Of a stretch of 61,632 nucleotides of DNA, positions 17,145-26,408 are shown piece by piece. How positions within the stretch are numbered: position 1 is the stretch's first letter; each line of letters starts with the position of its first letter. Both the position numbers and the translations under genes were made by a program. Source of the stretch: Alphaproteobacteria bacterium (GTDB taxonomy: Bacteria; Pseudomonadota; Alphaproteobacteria; Rs-D84); NCBI GenBank assembly GCA_033345155.1, contig JAWPOG010000029.1, positions 1-61,632 of the forward strand. The letters run 5' to 3'. Under the pieces are notes generated by a model. That model did not search any database, was not told the origin of the DNA, and saw only the letters and a program-made list of their open reading frames with translations.

Positions 17145-17633
17145 ATGAAAAAAGTTTTATTGCTTGCGATATTGATAATGGTGACTGCATGTGGTTTCAA
17201 ACCTATGTTTTCAGGACAAGATACTGATATTTATGTGGAACCAATCAGTGGTATCAATGGAATCGAACTGCGTAATGCCCTGTGGGCAAAGTTTGGGGGT
17301 CAGCACGGGGCAGATGCCACATATAAATTGACTATTAACCTGGGTGCACCCAATACCCAATACAAGGCTTTGGAACAAACAGGCGATGCCACCTGGCAGG
17401 AAGTGTCGCTGACCGCGACATATGTGCTGACGTACAAGGGCGAACAAATTGCAACCGGTACAGAACGCGCAGCAGAATCGTATACATTTGTGCGATATTT
17501 GGTTGCGTCTAATGCGTCTTATAACAATGCTGTTAAAAACACTATAAATGTTCTGGCGGAAAAAATTGGCGCACGCACAATCGCAGAAACGCATAAATAT
17601 GCACATACCGATAAAGATACGGATGCTAAATAA
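17145..17633 (+). CDS. lptE: LPS-assembly lipoprotein LptE-like
   Basis: Lipobox LIMVTACGFKPMF (the CGF[KR]P motif common in LptE). Conserved position directly upstream of holA. Confidence 0.6.
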   Translation: MKKVLLLAILIMVTACGFKPMFSGQDTDIYVEPISGINGIELRNALWAKFGGQHGADATYKLTINLGAPNTQYKALEQTGDATWQEVSLTATYVLTYKGEQIATGTERAAESYTFVRYLVASNASYNNAVKNTINVLAEKIGARTIAETHKYAHTDKDTDAK

Positions 17634-18622
17634 TGAAATGGAAAGACGCTGATTTCAAAGGCGGAATCGATAAAATCCGCGCGGTATTGATTTATGGCCC
17701 AGATGCCGGTCAGGTCGATGAATACTGTGATTTGGCGATTGAAAAACTGGGAATAGAAAAAGACAATTTGTTCGCATTAGATTCTGATGAATTGCGTGAA
17801 AAACAAGATGCCCTGTTTGCCGAAGCCTGCACCCCTTCTATGTTTGGCGGACACAAGATGGTGGTTATTTTTAATGCGGGTGACGCATGCGCAAAACAGG
17901 TGGCTGAATTGGTTGAGCATCCAGGACTGTGCGCAACTGTAATTGTGGCAGGGGGCGACCTGCGGGCGGGGGGCGGATTACGTCTGTTATTCGAGGGCGC
18001 ATCTAATATGGCTGCATTGGCATGTTATACAGACGATGCACGTACATTGGCCACACTGATACGCAATGAATTATCGGCCGCAGCTGGAATTCAACAGATT
18101 ACGCCGGATGCTATGACATATATGACAACTCATCTGGGGGGAGATCGTGGAATTACACGCGGGTTTCTGACAAAAATTGCGCTGTATGTCGATGACAAAC
18201 GAATTGTAGAACTGGCTGATGTGGAAAAGTGTTTGCCCGATACAGGGGCGGCAGACATTGATGATTTCTTGTACTCGCTGACTGCGGGGCATATTCAGCA
18301 GACAATGCTGGCATTGGACAGATTGCTGTACGATAACAAAGAACCAAATATGTTGATACGCATGTTAAATGGGCATTTCAAAAAATTACAGACCGCTGTC
18401 ATAGATGGACAACTGCCCCGCCTGTTCTGGAAAGTCGAAGATAAATTCAGGCAAGCAATGAAAATTTGGTCTGATGCGGAAATTACCGGGGTATTGATGC
18501 GTCTGAATGAATTAGAGCGTCAGTTGCGCACCACAGGCATGCCGGGCGAGGTTTTACTGCGTGACTTTGCGTTAAAACTGTGCGCACGTGCAGCAAAATT
18601 GGCAATTAAACGAAGGAACTGA
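17633..18622 (+). CDS. holA: DNA polymerase III delta subunit
   Basis: VLIYGPDAGQV N-terminus, length, synteny with lptE and a helical C-terminal domain. Confidence 0.8.
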   Translation: MKWKDADFKGGIDKIRAVLIYGPDAGQVDEYCDLAIEKLGIEKDNLFALDSDELREKQDALFAEACTPSMFGGHKMVVIFNAGDACAKQVAELVEHPGLCATVIVAGGDLRAGGGLRLLFEGASNMAALACYTDDARTLATLIRNELSAAAGIQQITPDAMTYMTTHLGGDRGITRGFLTKIALYVDDKRIVELADVEKCLPDTGAADIDDFLYSLTAGHIQQTMLALDRLLYDNKEPNMLIRMLNGHFKKLQTAVIDGQLPRLFWKVEDKFRQAMKIWSDAEITGVLMRLNELERQLRTTGMPGEVLLRDFALKLCARAAKLAIKRRN

Positions 18623-18625
18623 AAA

Positions 18626-19387
18626 ATGTTGGCATCTGTATATGCACCCAAAGATTTTAAAAGACTGCGGGCAGCAGGCGACGTTGTGGCACGCTGTTTT
18701 GATTTTATTTCGCCGCACATTCGGGCGGGTATTTCCACCGGGGAAATCGACCGGTTGGTCGCACAATTTTTGCGGGAAAACGGTGCCCGTTCGTCAGATT
18801 TGGGCTATCAAGGATATCCGAAACATATTTGCACTTCTGTTAATGATGTTATTGTGCATGGAATCCCCAGTGATGAAGTAATCCTGAAGGATGGCGACAT
18901 CGTAAATGTCGATTTGACCGCCGAATATAAGGGATTTCATGGCGACGCATCGCGTATGTATATGATTGGCAATGTCAGCCCCCAGGCACGAAAACTAGTT
19001 CAGGTGTGCCAAGATGCGCTGAATGCGGCGATTTCAATCTGTGCGCCGGGTGTGCCATTGTCTGAAATTGGCAAAACAATCGAGGAAGTTGTCAATCCGC
19101 ATGGTTTTTCCATTTCACGCGACTTTGTGGGGCATGGCATTGGCAAGGTTATGCATGACGATCCGCAAATCTATCACTTTTATGATAAACACTGGGACAA
19201 AGTGAAAATGGTCCCTGGGTTGGTCTTTACGATTGAGCCAATGATTAATACAGGGTCGCCAGAATGCAAAATCGACCCGGATGGATGGACAGCACGAACG
19301 GTTGATGGCGGACTGTCTGCCCAGTGGGAACATACTATTGGTATTACCGAAGATGGTGCAATTATTTTTACCGAAAAAATGATTTGA
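18626..19387 (+). CDS. map: Type I methionine aminopeptidase
   Basis: CTSVNDVIVHGIP, DIVNVDLTAEYKGFHGD, GHGIG, EPMIN and QWEHT metal-ligand motifs. Confidence 0.9.
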   Translation: MLASVYAPKDFKRLRAAGDVVARCFDFISPHIRAGISTGEIDRLVAQFLRENGARSSDLGYQGYPKHICTSVNDVIVHGIPSDEVILKDGDIVNVDLTAEYKGFHGDASRMYMIGNVSPQARKLVQVCQDALNAAISICAPGVPLSEIGKTIEEVVNPHGFSISRDFVGHGIGKVMHDDPQIYHFYDKHWDKVKMVPGLVFTIEPMINTGSPECKIDPDGWTARTVDGGLSAQWEHTIGITEDGAIIFTEKMI

Positions 19388-19394
19388 AAATACT

Positions 19395-20093
19395 ATGCCA
19401 AAATCAGACGAACAGTTTCATGCGGGACATCGCGAACGATTAAAGGAAAAATTTCTGGATAAAAAACTGGTCGAATATGAACAGTTAGAGTTGTTGTTGG
19501 GGTACGCTATCCCCAGACGCGATGTCAGACCATTGGCACGAAGATTGATTCGGCGTTTTGGAAATGTGTACTATGTATTAAATGCGCATATTGATGATTT
19601 GATGGCGGTTGACGGGGTTGGTCGTTCCGTTGCGATTTTAATTAAACTGGTGCACAGTCTGATTTGTATCAGCCACGAAAAGAAACTGAAAGAAGGTTCG
19701 GTATATATGAACCATGATACACTGATTGATTATTGCAGAATGAAGATGTCGGAATTAAAATCCGAAGAATTCCATGTCTTGTATCTGGATGCGAATTTTT
19801 GTCTGCAACAACACGAGGTGCACAGCCAAGGCTCTGCAGAATCGTCAAATGTTTATGTTGAAAAGATTATGGAATATGCGCTTAAACACAATATAAAAAG
19901 TGTTGTTTTGTTACACAATCATCCGACAACTGATAATACTTTTTCGTCCGTTGATATTATGCTGACAACAAAACTGGAATATTTATTGGGGATATGCAAC
20001 ATAGAATTATATGACCATTTTGTGGTGGCTGGTGGTATTGTGCATTCTATACGCGATAAACAGTTATTAAAAAGATCCGGATTACAAATCTAG
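19395..20093 (+). CDS. radC: RadC-family JAB/MPN domain protein
   Basis: GHRERLKEKF N-terminus, HhH region and the JAMM motif VVLLHNHPTTDNTFSSVD. Confidence 0.85.
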   Translation: MPKSDEQFHAGHRERLKEKFLDKKLVEYEQLELLLGYAIPRRDVRPLARRLIRRFGNVYYVLNAHIDDLMAVDGVGRSVAILIKLVHSLICISHEKKLKEGSVYMNHDTLIDYCRMKMSELKSEEFHVLYLDANFCLQQHEVHSQGSAESSNVYVEKIMEYALKHNIKSVVLLHNHPTTDNTFSSVDIMLTTKLEYLLGICNIELYDHFVVAGGIVHSIRDKQLLKRSGLQI

Positions 20094-20591
20094 GGCTGCA
20101 GGATTGCCAGCCGATGTTAAGGGGGCTACTGAATAAGGCCTGATATCCGAGGTTGTGGCGCCAGAATCATAAATATTCATTGTTTCATACGCTTCGTTGT
20201 TGCCGTGCGAATTCAAACTGGCGTTGCGGGCCGCCAACAAGCGGTTCATTTCCGCCATTGGAACAGAAATAGTTTTACAACCACGGGCAAATAAATCGTC
20301 GCCATAGATAATGTTCATAGTCGGTTTAGAAATCGATAACACACCGAAAATAATAACCAAATTGCGCATATTTACAAGCAAATCATTTTTTGCACCACGT
20401 ATCATGGATATTGCCCAACCCGTCAACAATAACCCAGTCAAAATTAAAACGGCAAACCATGCATACTGTACAAACGCTTCGAATGAACGCAGGATACATG
20501 ACGGATCTTCCATATATACAAAATCAGGGTCCACACGTACATTGTGAAACCCGGAATTTGTAAGCAATAAAGTTATCGTATCTGTATTCAT
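20082..20591 (-). CDS. Hypothetical two-TM membrane protein
   Basis: Hydrophobic segments YAWFAVLILTGLLLTGWAISMI and LVIIFGVLSI. It starts 9 nt after the upstream stop. Confidence 0.45.
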   Translation of the reverse strand: MNTDTITLLLTNSGFHNVRVDPDFVYMEDPSCILRSFEAFVQYAWFAVLILTGLLLTGWAISMIRGAKNDLLVNMRNLVIIFGVLSISKPTMNIIYGDDLFARGCKTISVPMAEMNRLLAARNASLNSHGNNEAYETMNIYDSGATTSDIRPYSVAPLTSAGNPAALDL

Positions 20592-20600
20592 TTCAATATA

Positions 20601-21503
20601 TTATGCGCCCTGTTTTTTTGAAGCGGCGGGGGTAAAGAATCCTGGAATGGAAAAATCCTCGTCGTTGGCGGCAATGCCGGCCCAGCCAAACAAATCGCCC
20701 ATCGGGCCGTTGTCATCACGTTTAGCCTTTTTAAACGGCAGAATATTTTTTAATTTCCCAATTTTGCTTGTATTAGATGTGCGTGTGGTGGGAATTTTAT
20801 CCTGATTATCAACAAATTCAGTTGCCAATTGCGCCAAAGTGGCATCGGTATCATCCCCATCAAAAACATTATCGTCAACCTGGTGTTCTGCAACAACAGG
20901 ATGCACATCTTCACGCAAAGGCGCCATTGTTTCCAGCAATTCTTCCAATGTTTTTTCCATCTGGGGGATTGGCGCATCATCTGTTATCATATCGCCAATA
21001 GTAATTGTTTCAACCGCAACATGATCGTCTTTATCAATAATATTGTCCAGTCCCAAGCTAACATTGACATCCGATATTATTGCGGCTTCTGCCACATTTT
21101 CAACAACCGGTTCTGTGATTGGCCCCTGGGTATCAGCGGGTTCAACAGTCTGTTCGGTGGGGTCCCCTTCTTGGGCGGACAAAATCGATAAAATAGGCAC
21201 AACTGGTTCTGTGGTGACAGGTTGGATTTCCTGATCCGTTGCAACGACAGGTTCAACAACGGGTTCAATTACCGATTCTGTGACAGGTGTGACAACGGGA
21301 TTGATTACTGGCTCTGTGGCTGATATTTCTGCGATTGGTGTTATATCTGAATTTGCCAATGCGCTGTCACAATCGACGGGCACACCAAACAAAACCGTAT
21401 CTTTGTCCAACCCCAATGCGTCGCGCACAGAATCAAAAGCAGCGCGAATTTCGGACATTTCAAACACTTCGTTACCAGAAATATAGATTATTTTTGTCTT
21501 CAT
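20601..21503 (-). CDS. Acidic Pro/Val/Glu-rich hypothetical protein
   Basis: Start at MKTKIIYISGNEVFE with a GGGGGA Shine-Dalgarno. Low-complexity EPVINPVVTPVTESVIEPVVEPVV region and a conserved-looking tail MGDLFGWAGIAANDEDFSIPGFF. Confidence 0.5.
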   Translation of the reverse strand: MKTKIIYISGNEVFEMSEIRAAFDSVRDALGLDKDTVLFGVPVDCDSALANSDITPIAEISATEPVINPVVTPVTESVIEPVVEPVVATDQEIQPVTTEPVVPILSILSAQEGDPTEQTVEPADTQGPITEPVVENVAEAAIISDVNVSLGLDNIIDKDDHVAVETITIGDMITDDAPIPQMEKTLEELLETMAPLREDVHPVVAEHQVDDNVFDGDDTDATLAQLATEFVDNQDKIPTTRTSNTSKIGKLKNILPFKKAKRDDNGPMGDLFGWAGIAANDEDFSIPGFFTPAASKKQGA

Positions 21504-21585
21504 TAATTCATCCCCCACAATATATGCTCGCATTATATCACATTTTAGGGTTGAACGCATATAAAAAATATCTTAAACTGAAAAT

Positions 21586-21798
21586 ATGTCAGATATTAAG
21601 CAACAAATTTTTCAAGAATTGACCCGTCTGGAAGAAGCGGCTGCAAAATTACGTGGCACCGCCGTTGCTGCGGGCAAGCAAACTGATTTAGAGGTAGCAA
21701 TCCTGACCGAACAGGTGCGCACTTTGCGGGATAAAAATGCACGTGCGGTGGACATGATTGATAAATCTGTATCTATACTGAGGGAACTAAGGAAATGA
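21586..21798 (+). CDS. Small coiled-coil protein (DUF4164-like), coupled to zapA
   Basis: A 70-aa helical protein whose stop overlaps the zapA start (ATGA). This pairing is common in Alphaproteobacteria. Confidence 0.5.
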   Translation: MSDIKQQIFQELTRLEEAAAKLRGTAVAAGKQTDLEVAILTEQVRTLRDKNARAVDMIDKSVSILRELRK

Positions 21799-22073
21799 GT
21801 GTTGTTTCAATACCAATTGTGAACAAGAACTATCCGATGGGCTGCGAAGACGGACAAGAAGGGCGCCTGATTGAATTAGGCAAACAGGTTGATGCACGCG
21901 CACGCCAGATACTGGATAAAATTGGCCCGTTGCCTGAAAATTCACTGTTGGCGACATTGTGTATTGTCCTGGCGGACGAGGTGCATAACCGCCCAACCCC
22001 CATTGCGAGCGAGGCTGACATGAAAGAAATATTGGCCCGCATACGCGAAATTCGACATAAAATAGGTTGTTGA
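21795..22073 (+). CDS. zapA: Cell division protein ZapA
   Basis: IPIVNKNYPMGCEDGQEGRLIELGKQVD...LATLCIVLADEV matches the ZapA pattern (I.I.G..Y.L.C.DGEE..L...A...). Confidence 0.7.
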   Translation: MSVVSIPIVNKNYPMGCEDGQEGRLIELGKQVDARARQILDKIGPLPENSLLATLCIVLADEVHNRPTPIASEADMKEILARIREIRHKIGC

Positions 22074-22233
22074 TACATCTGCGCCCTGGCCTGGCGTTTT
22101 TCACAGTCCCGGCCATTCTTGGATTTTCATAAATATTTGTTATTTTTATTATATTCTGTTCACACAGACATGTGTTTGTGTGGGCTTGGATGTGTGACCG
22201 ACAGATTTTAAGGTTTTCTTATAAAAATTAACA

Positions 22234-22260
22234 TAAAAAATCCCCCCAGTCGGGGGGGAT
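22234..22260 (-). terminator. Rho-independent terminator of the 747-aa gene
   Basis: atcccccc-agtc-ggggggat, with a T-run on the minus strand. Confidence 0.7.
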
Positions 22261-22273
22261 AAAAGTTAGTTGT

Positions 22274-24517
22274 CTATTGGCACGTCGCACCATCCCATTC
22301 TTCTCCTTCCGGACAGATACAAGTTCCAAAGTCAGAACTCCACTGGCCGCCGTAAAGATTCTCACATATGAGCTCAGAATCAGTGGTTTCACTGCCGCTG
22401 GTTCCACTGCCGCTGGTTCCACTGCCATTGCTGTCTTCTTCCTCGGGGTAGTATACGCTAAACATATTGCTGACCCATTGTGACATCTGGGTTGGGGTTG
22501 GCGCCTGTGTTGTATCACCGTTTACAGACATACAGGTCATAATCTGAGCGCGACACGCATTTATTGCGACGTTGTTGCTTGGGTTGACGCCGTTGTCAGA
22601 ATTATAATTATTCGATGTCAGACAAGAGGTCACATCAGAAATACAATTTTCCGCATAATCTGCTATCACCTGGTCCTGGGCTGCCTTGATTCTGACTAGG
22701 GTGCGTCGCAAATATTCCTTGATAACATCATTATCCACTTTATATTGCCGGTTGCCCGCTGCGCCGGTGTATGTATAATCCTGACACTTGTTCAGAACAG
22801 ACATGCACATACCATAGTTTTTACCGGTACTGCTGTCGTTATAGCCAATTTTATGCAACAAATATCCAGTCATCTCATCCGATATTTCTGCCGGATCGGC
22901 ACCCTCAATTGTTTCTTCGATATAATTGGTCAAATTGCCATCACTTGTTGTCGTAGCCCATGCATATTTGTTTCCACCATCTTGGTAATACCATGTGCTA
23001 TACAAGGTAGTATTTGCATAAGCAGCATCGTTGGTAGGCGCTCCCAGAGCAGTTTCATTAACAACATACCCCGGTGTCGATCCCACCACTATTTCACCGT
23101 CAATAATATATTTACCAGTTGGGTCCAGACAGTATTCATAATCCGCACCACAGACATAATCATCCTGCATACAGGAATCAAGTGCATTGACACACCCGCG
23201 CAGGTCATAGGAATTTTTATCCTGGGCGACCAGCAAACGTGCGCGTTGCAAAACACTTTTTGCGTTGCGTACAGTATTGTTCATTTGGTCGTTCGCATCT
23301 GACAATTCACGCTCATACGCAACACACTGTTTATCAATTTCCAAATCATAGGAATTCGAGATAACAGCAATATCAACACCCTGGGCCGCACAATCGTTTA
23401 ATACCGCAACCTTGCAACGAGATGCCGCCGTTTTATACAACGCTTCGCCTCGTTGGTTACTGATGGACGATGTGTTCGATGCAGACGAACCAAACAACGA
23501 TGTCAAATCAAAACCAGTACTGTCGATATTGAAATCCAACAATCCCGACAAATCAAAGGCCATAGCACTGTCAGTGACGGCCGACGCGCTGCCTGATTTA
23601 ACATCAACAATCAAATTTTTGATTCTGTCCAAATCGTTTTTCAACTGGGTGTTATCCTGGGTTGATTGCATTTCGATTTCAGCCTCGGTCTGGGTGAATA
23701 ATGTTTCAATATCATCCGCACTAAGGCCAATATAACGAATCTGTTGGGCTACATCTTGTAATGCCTCGGTCGCAGCCTTGAGAGCCTCTTCTGTTTTGGC
23801 ATAGTTTTTGATATTCTTAGAGCAAGAACAACGTCCCTGATTATCATCCAAAACATTACAGAAATTATCCATACAAGACATATACTGTGCCTTGCAAAAA
23901 TCGGTCACCTGCGCCAATTCGTCCAAAGACTGGGAAGTCGTAGCAGCGGTTGTATCCGAAGAAGTCGCAACCGACGCCAACGCCGGTATGCGAGCACGAA
24001 CCGCACTGGCACGCGTAGCCACACGTCCCGTATACAAAGGCGTATTAACAGTATCAGTTTGAACAATAGATGTACGAGCCGTCGTCTTGCCCTGATCCCC
24101 CTGCATAGCACGACGCGCAGTCGCAATTTGCTGTGTACCATTTGCCGCGGTGCGTACAGCACGCGCAGAAACACGAGAAGGCGCCGTCGCACGCGTCGTG
24201 GTCGCAGTGCGCGCAACAACCGCATTATTAGCCGCTGTACGATTCGCCGCAGACGTCCGACCAGACACAGCACGCGCCACACCGGTTTTGGCCGCAGTCG
24301 CAGGCATCGCACGTGATATATTTTGGCTGACCGTGCGCAAGTTATTAGTCGACGCTGGTGCAGGTGACGCAGACGTCTTGGACGCAGTTTCTGTCGATTC
24401 CTCTGCGGGTGCTGTCCCGGCAGAATATTCGATTAATTCATCGTAGTAAACGGGCGCAACCTCAGCAAATGCGGGCAATACCAACAGTCCACTAAGCACA
24501 GCAACAAATCGTTTCAT
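22274..24517 (-). CDS. Large secreted Cys-rich protein (unknown family)
   Basis: GGAAGGGAAGGA Shine-Dalgarno and signal peptide MKRFVAVLSGLLVLPAFA. Ala/Arg/Thr-rich basic low-complexity region. Many paired Cys (FCKAQYMSCMDNFCNVLDDNQGRCSC...) and a (SGT)n linker before a Cys-rich tail. Confidence 0.7.
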   Translation of the reverse strand: MKRFVAVLSGLLVLPAFAEVAPVYYDELIEYSAGTAPAEESTETASKTSASPAPASTNNLRTVSQNISRAMPATAAKTGVARAVSGRTSAANRTAANNAVVARTATTTRATAPSRVSARAVRTAANGTQQIATARRAMQGDQGKTTARTSIVQTDTVNTPLYTGRVATRASAVRARIPALASVATSSDTTAATTSQSLDELAQVTDFCKAQYMSCMDNFCNVLDDNQGRCSCSKNIKNYAKTEEALKAATEALQDVAQQIRYIGLSADDIETLFTQTEAEIEMQSTQDNTQLKNDLDRIKNLIVDVKSGSASAVTDSAMAFDLSGLLDFNIDSTGFDLTSLFGSSASNTSSISNQRGEALYKTAASRCKVAVLNDCAAQGVDIAVISNSYDLEIDKQCVAYERELSDANDQMNNTVRNAKSVLQRARLLVAQDKNSYDLRGCVNALDSCMQDDYVCGADYEYCLDPTGKYIIDGEIVVGSTPGYVVNETALGAPTNDAAYANTTLYSTWYYQDGGNKYAWATTTSDGNLTNYIEETIEGADPAEISDEMTGYLLHKIGYNDSSTGKNYGMCMSVLNKCQDYTYTGAAGNRQYKVDNDVIKEYLRRTLVRIKAAQDQVIADYAENCISDVTSCLTSNNYNSDNGVNPSNNVAINACRAQIMTCMSVNGDTTQAPTPTQMSQWVSNMFSVYYPEEEDSNGSGTSGSGTSGSETTDSELICENLYGGQWSSDFGTCICPEGEEWDGATCQ

Positions 24518-24740
24518 TGTAAATCCTTCCCTTCCATTACTTGTGATTTTATCATATTATCAAATGTATTGCAATTACAAAATATATGATATGTTGCGTT
24601 ATATTTTCTGGGTGCGCATTTCTGTCGAAACTATGTTTTGCGCTATGCCAATTTTAATTCCAGACCTGTTTGTGGTATTGTTTATATTGGCGTGCTCGTG
24701 AAAACAATCCTAATTCATTAAAAAACATAATGAATTTTTG

Positions 24741-24769
24741 TTGCAGGTGTGTTATGCTTGGTCTATAAT
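24741..24769 (+). promoter_or_regulatory. Sigma70-like promoter (TTGCAG-17 nt-TATAAT) for the PLD gene
   Basis: -35 at 24741-24746 and -10 at 24764-24769. This argues for ATG 24800 as the start. Confidence 0.55.
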
Positions 24770-24799
24770 CGCCAAAAAAAAGGCCTTGGTACGGTGTCA

Positions 24800-26383
24800 A
24801 TGTTAAGAAAATTTTCTGTTTGGATTTTGTTGTTGCCCCTGATGGGTTGCACGACTGTACCTACAACAACAAATGATGCGCGGCTGGGTGACTATGCAAA
24901 AAAAGTCAAACCAATAGACTTTGACTATAATCCTTATGAGACACCCATCGCACAATGCTATGCCCAGGAACTGAGCACACGCAAAAATGTGTCGGGCGCA
25001 ACACTAATCGAAGATGGTTTGTCCGCGTTTATAATTCGTTCGGCATTTGCACGTATGGCAACGAAAACCATTGATTTGCAAACCTATATTTACAGTAATG
25101 ATTTTACATCCAAGATTTTAATCGCAGAACTGAAAAACGCCGCAGATCGTGGGGTCAAGGTGCGAATACTGTTGGACGATTATGGGACTAAATCCGATAT
25201 CGTGGACGTTATGCTGTTAAATCAACATCCTAATATAGAAGTCAAGGTGTTTAATACCGTTGGAAATCGTTCGAAACTGTTATACTATCCGCAGTTTTTG
25301 ACAGATTTTAATCGACTGAATTCGCGTATGCATAATAAACTGTTTATCGTGGACAATATCGCATATATCACAGGTGGACGAAATGTGGGCAGTAATTATT
25401 TCTATCCAGAAACTGCTTCGAACTTTTCAGATACTGATGTGCTGTTTCTCGGTGATATGACCCGCTTTGCAACAAGAAGTTTTGACGAATACTGGAACCA
25501 TCATCTGTCGATTCCTGCGTCCGTGTTCCCCAAGGCAAAGTCAAAAAAGGCGATGAAGCGATTGGAAAAATCGTTCGCCTCTATCGAACAGCGCGCAGCA
25601 GAAAATCTGAAAAACTATAACAATGTTATCGATATAGCCATACGCGAGTACAAACAAAAACAGTTCGATTTCAGTTGGGGGCGCGGAAAATTCTTGGCCG
25701 ACCCGCCCGAAAAAGTCGAAATGACAATGGAAGAAAAAGAAGCGTATCGTGGAGATATCGTTCGGGCGTTGCAACACCTGTGGGGAAAAACTAAAAAATC
25801 TGTTTATATGTCTGCTGCGTACTTTGTGCCGGGCCAAGGCGGATTGGAACATATGCTGGATGAAGAAAAGTCCGGGGTTCATATGACAATCGTAACGAAT
25901 TCGTTGGCTTCAACAAATGCGCCGACCGTTTATGCAAAATGGGAAAAATATAGAAAACAGTTAATCAAATCTGGCGCAGATGTATATGAATTTATGGTGT
26001 CGGCTGAAAACCTGCGTGGCAAAGAACATGACCGCGAACGAAAGCGTTCCAGCTTCTCGGTGCTGCACAGCAAAACAATGGTTTTTGACGACGACATCTC
26101 GTGGATTGGCAGCTTTAATCTGGACCCACGCAGTGCGTATTACAACACTGAAAATGTCGCGATATTTGAAAGCCGAGATTTCGCAGATAAATTAAGAAAA
26201 ATGATAGTACAAGATACAAAAACTTCGTGGCGCGTGACCTTGGACAACAATAAAAAACCAATTTGGACCGGCAGTCGCCCAGGTGACGAAAAACCCAGGC
26301 AATATAAACACGCACCTGATACGGGTTTTTTGCTTAGACTGTGGAAAAATATGTGCAATTTAGTACCCGAAAAATTCGTATAA
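24800..26383 (+). CDS. Phospholipase D / cardiolipin-synthase-family lipoprotein (two HKD motifs)
   Basis: Lipobox LLLPLMGC. HKD motifs HNKLFIVDNIAYITGGRNVGSNY and HSKTMVFDDDISWIGSFNLDPRS. Confidence 0.85.
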   Translation: MLRKFSVWILLLPLMGCTTVPTTTNDARLGDYAKKVKPIDFDYNPYETPIAQCYAQELSTRKNVSGATLIEDGLSAFIIRSAFARMATKTIDLQTYIYSNDFTSKILIAELKNAADRGVKVRILLDDYGTKSDIVDVMLLNQHPNIEVKVFNTVGNRSKLLYYPQFLTDFNRLNSRMHNKLFIVDNIAYITGGRNVGSNYFYPETASNFSDTDVLFLGDMTRFATRSFDEYWNHHLSIPASVFPKAKSKKAMKRLEKSFASIEQRAAENLKNYNNVIDIAIREYKQKQFDFSWGRGKFLADPPEKVEMTMEEKEAYRGDIVRALQHLWGKTKKSVYMSAAYFVPGQGGLEHMLDEEKSGVHMTIVTNSLASTNAPTVYAKWEKYRKQLIKSGADVYEFMVSAENLRGKEHDRERKRSSFSVLHSKTMVFDDDISWIGSFNLDPRSAYYNTENVAIFESRDFADKLRKMIVQDTKTSWRVTLDNNKKPIWTGSRPGDEKPRQYKHAPDTGFLLRLWKNMCNLVPEKFV

Positions 26384-26408
26384 AATCCCGCAAACGCGGG
26401 ATTTTTTT
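26382..26408. terminator. Bidirectional terminator
   Basis: aaaatcccgc-aaa-cgcgggattttttt, between convergent genes. Confidence 0.75.

Noticed and set aside
23905-24446. Arg-rich ORFs on both strands (24059..24316 +, 23905..24312 -, 24150..24446 +)
   Set aside because: These are alternative-frame artefacts of the GC-rich Ala/Arg/Thr low-complexity region of the 747-aa secreted protein.
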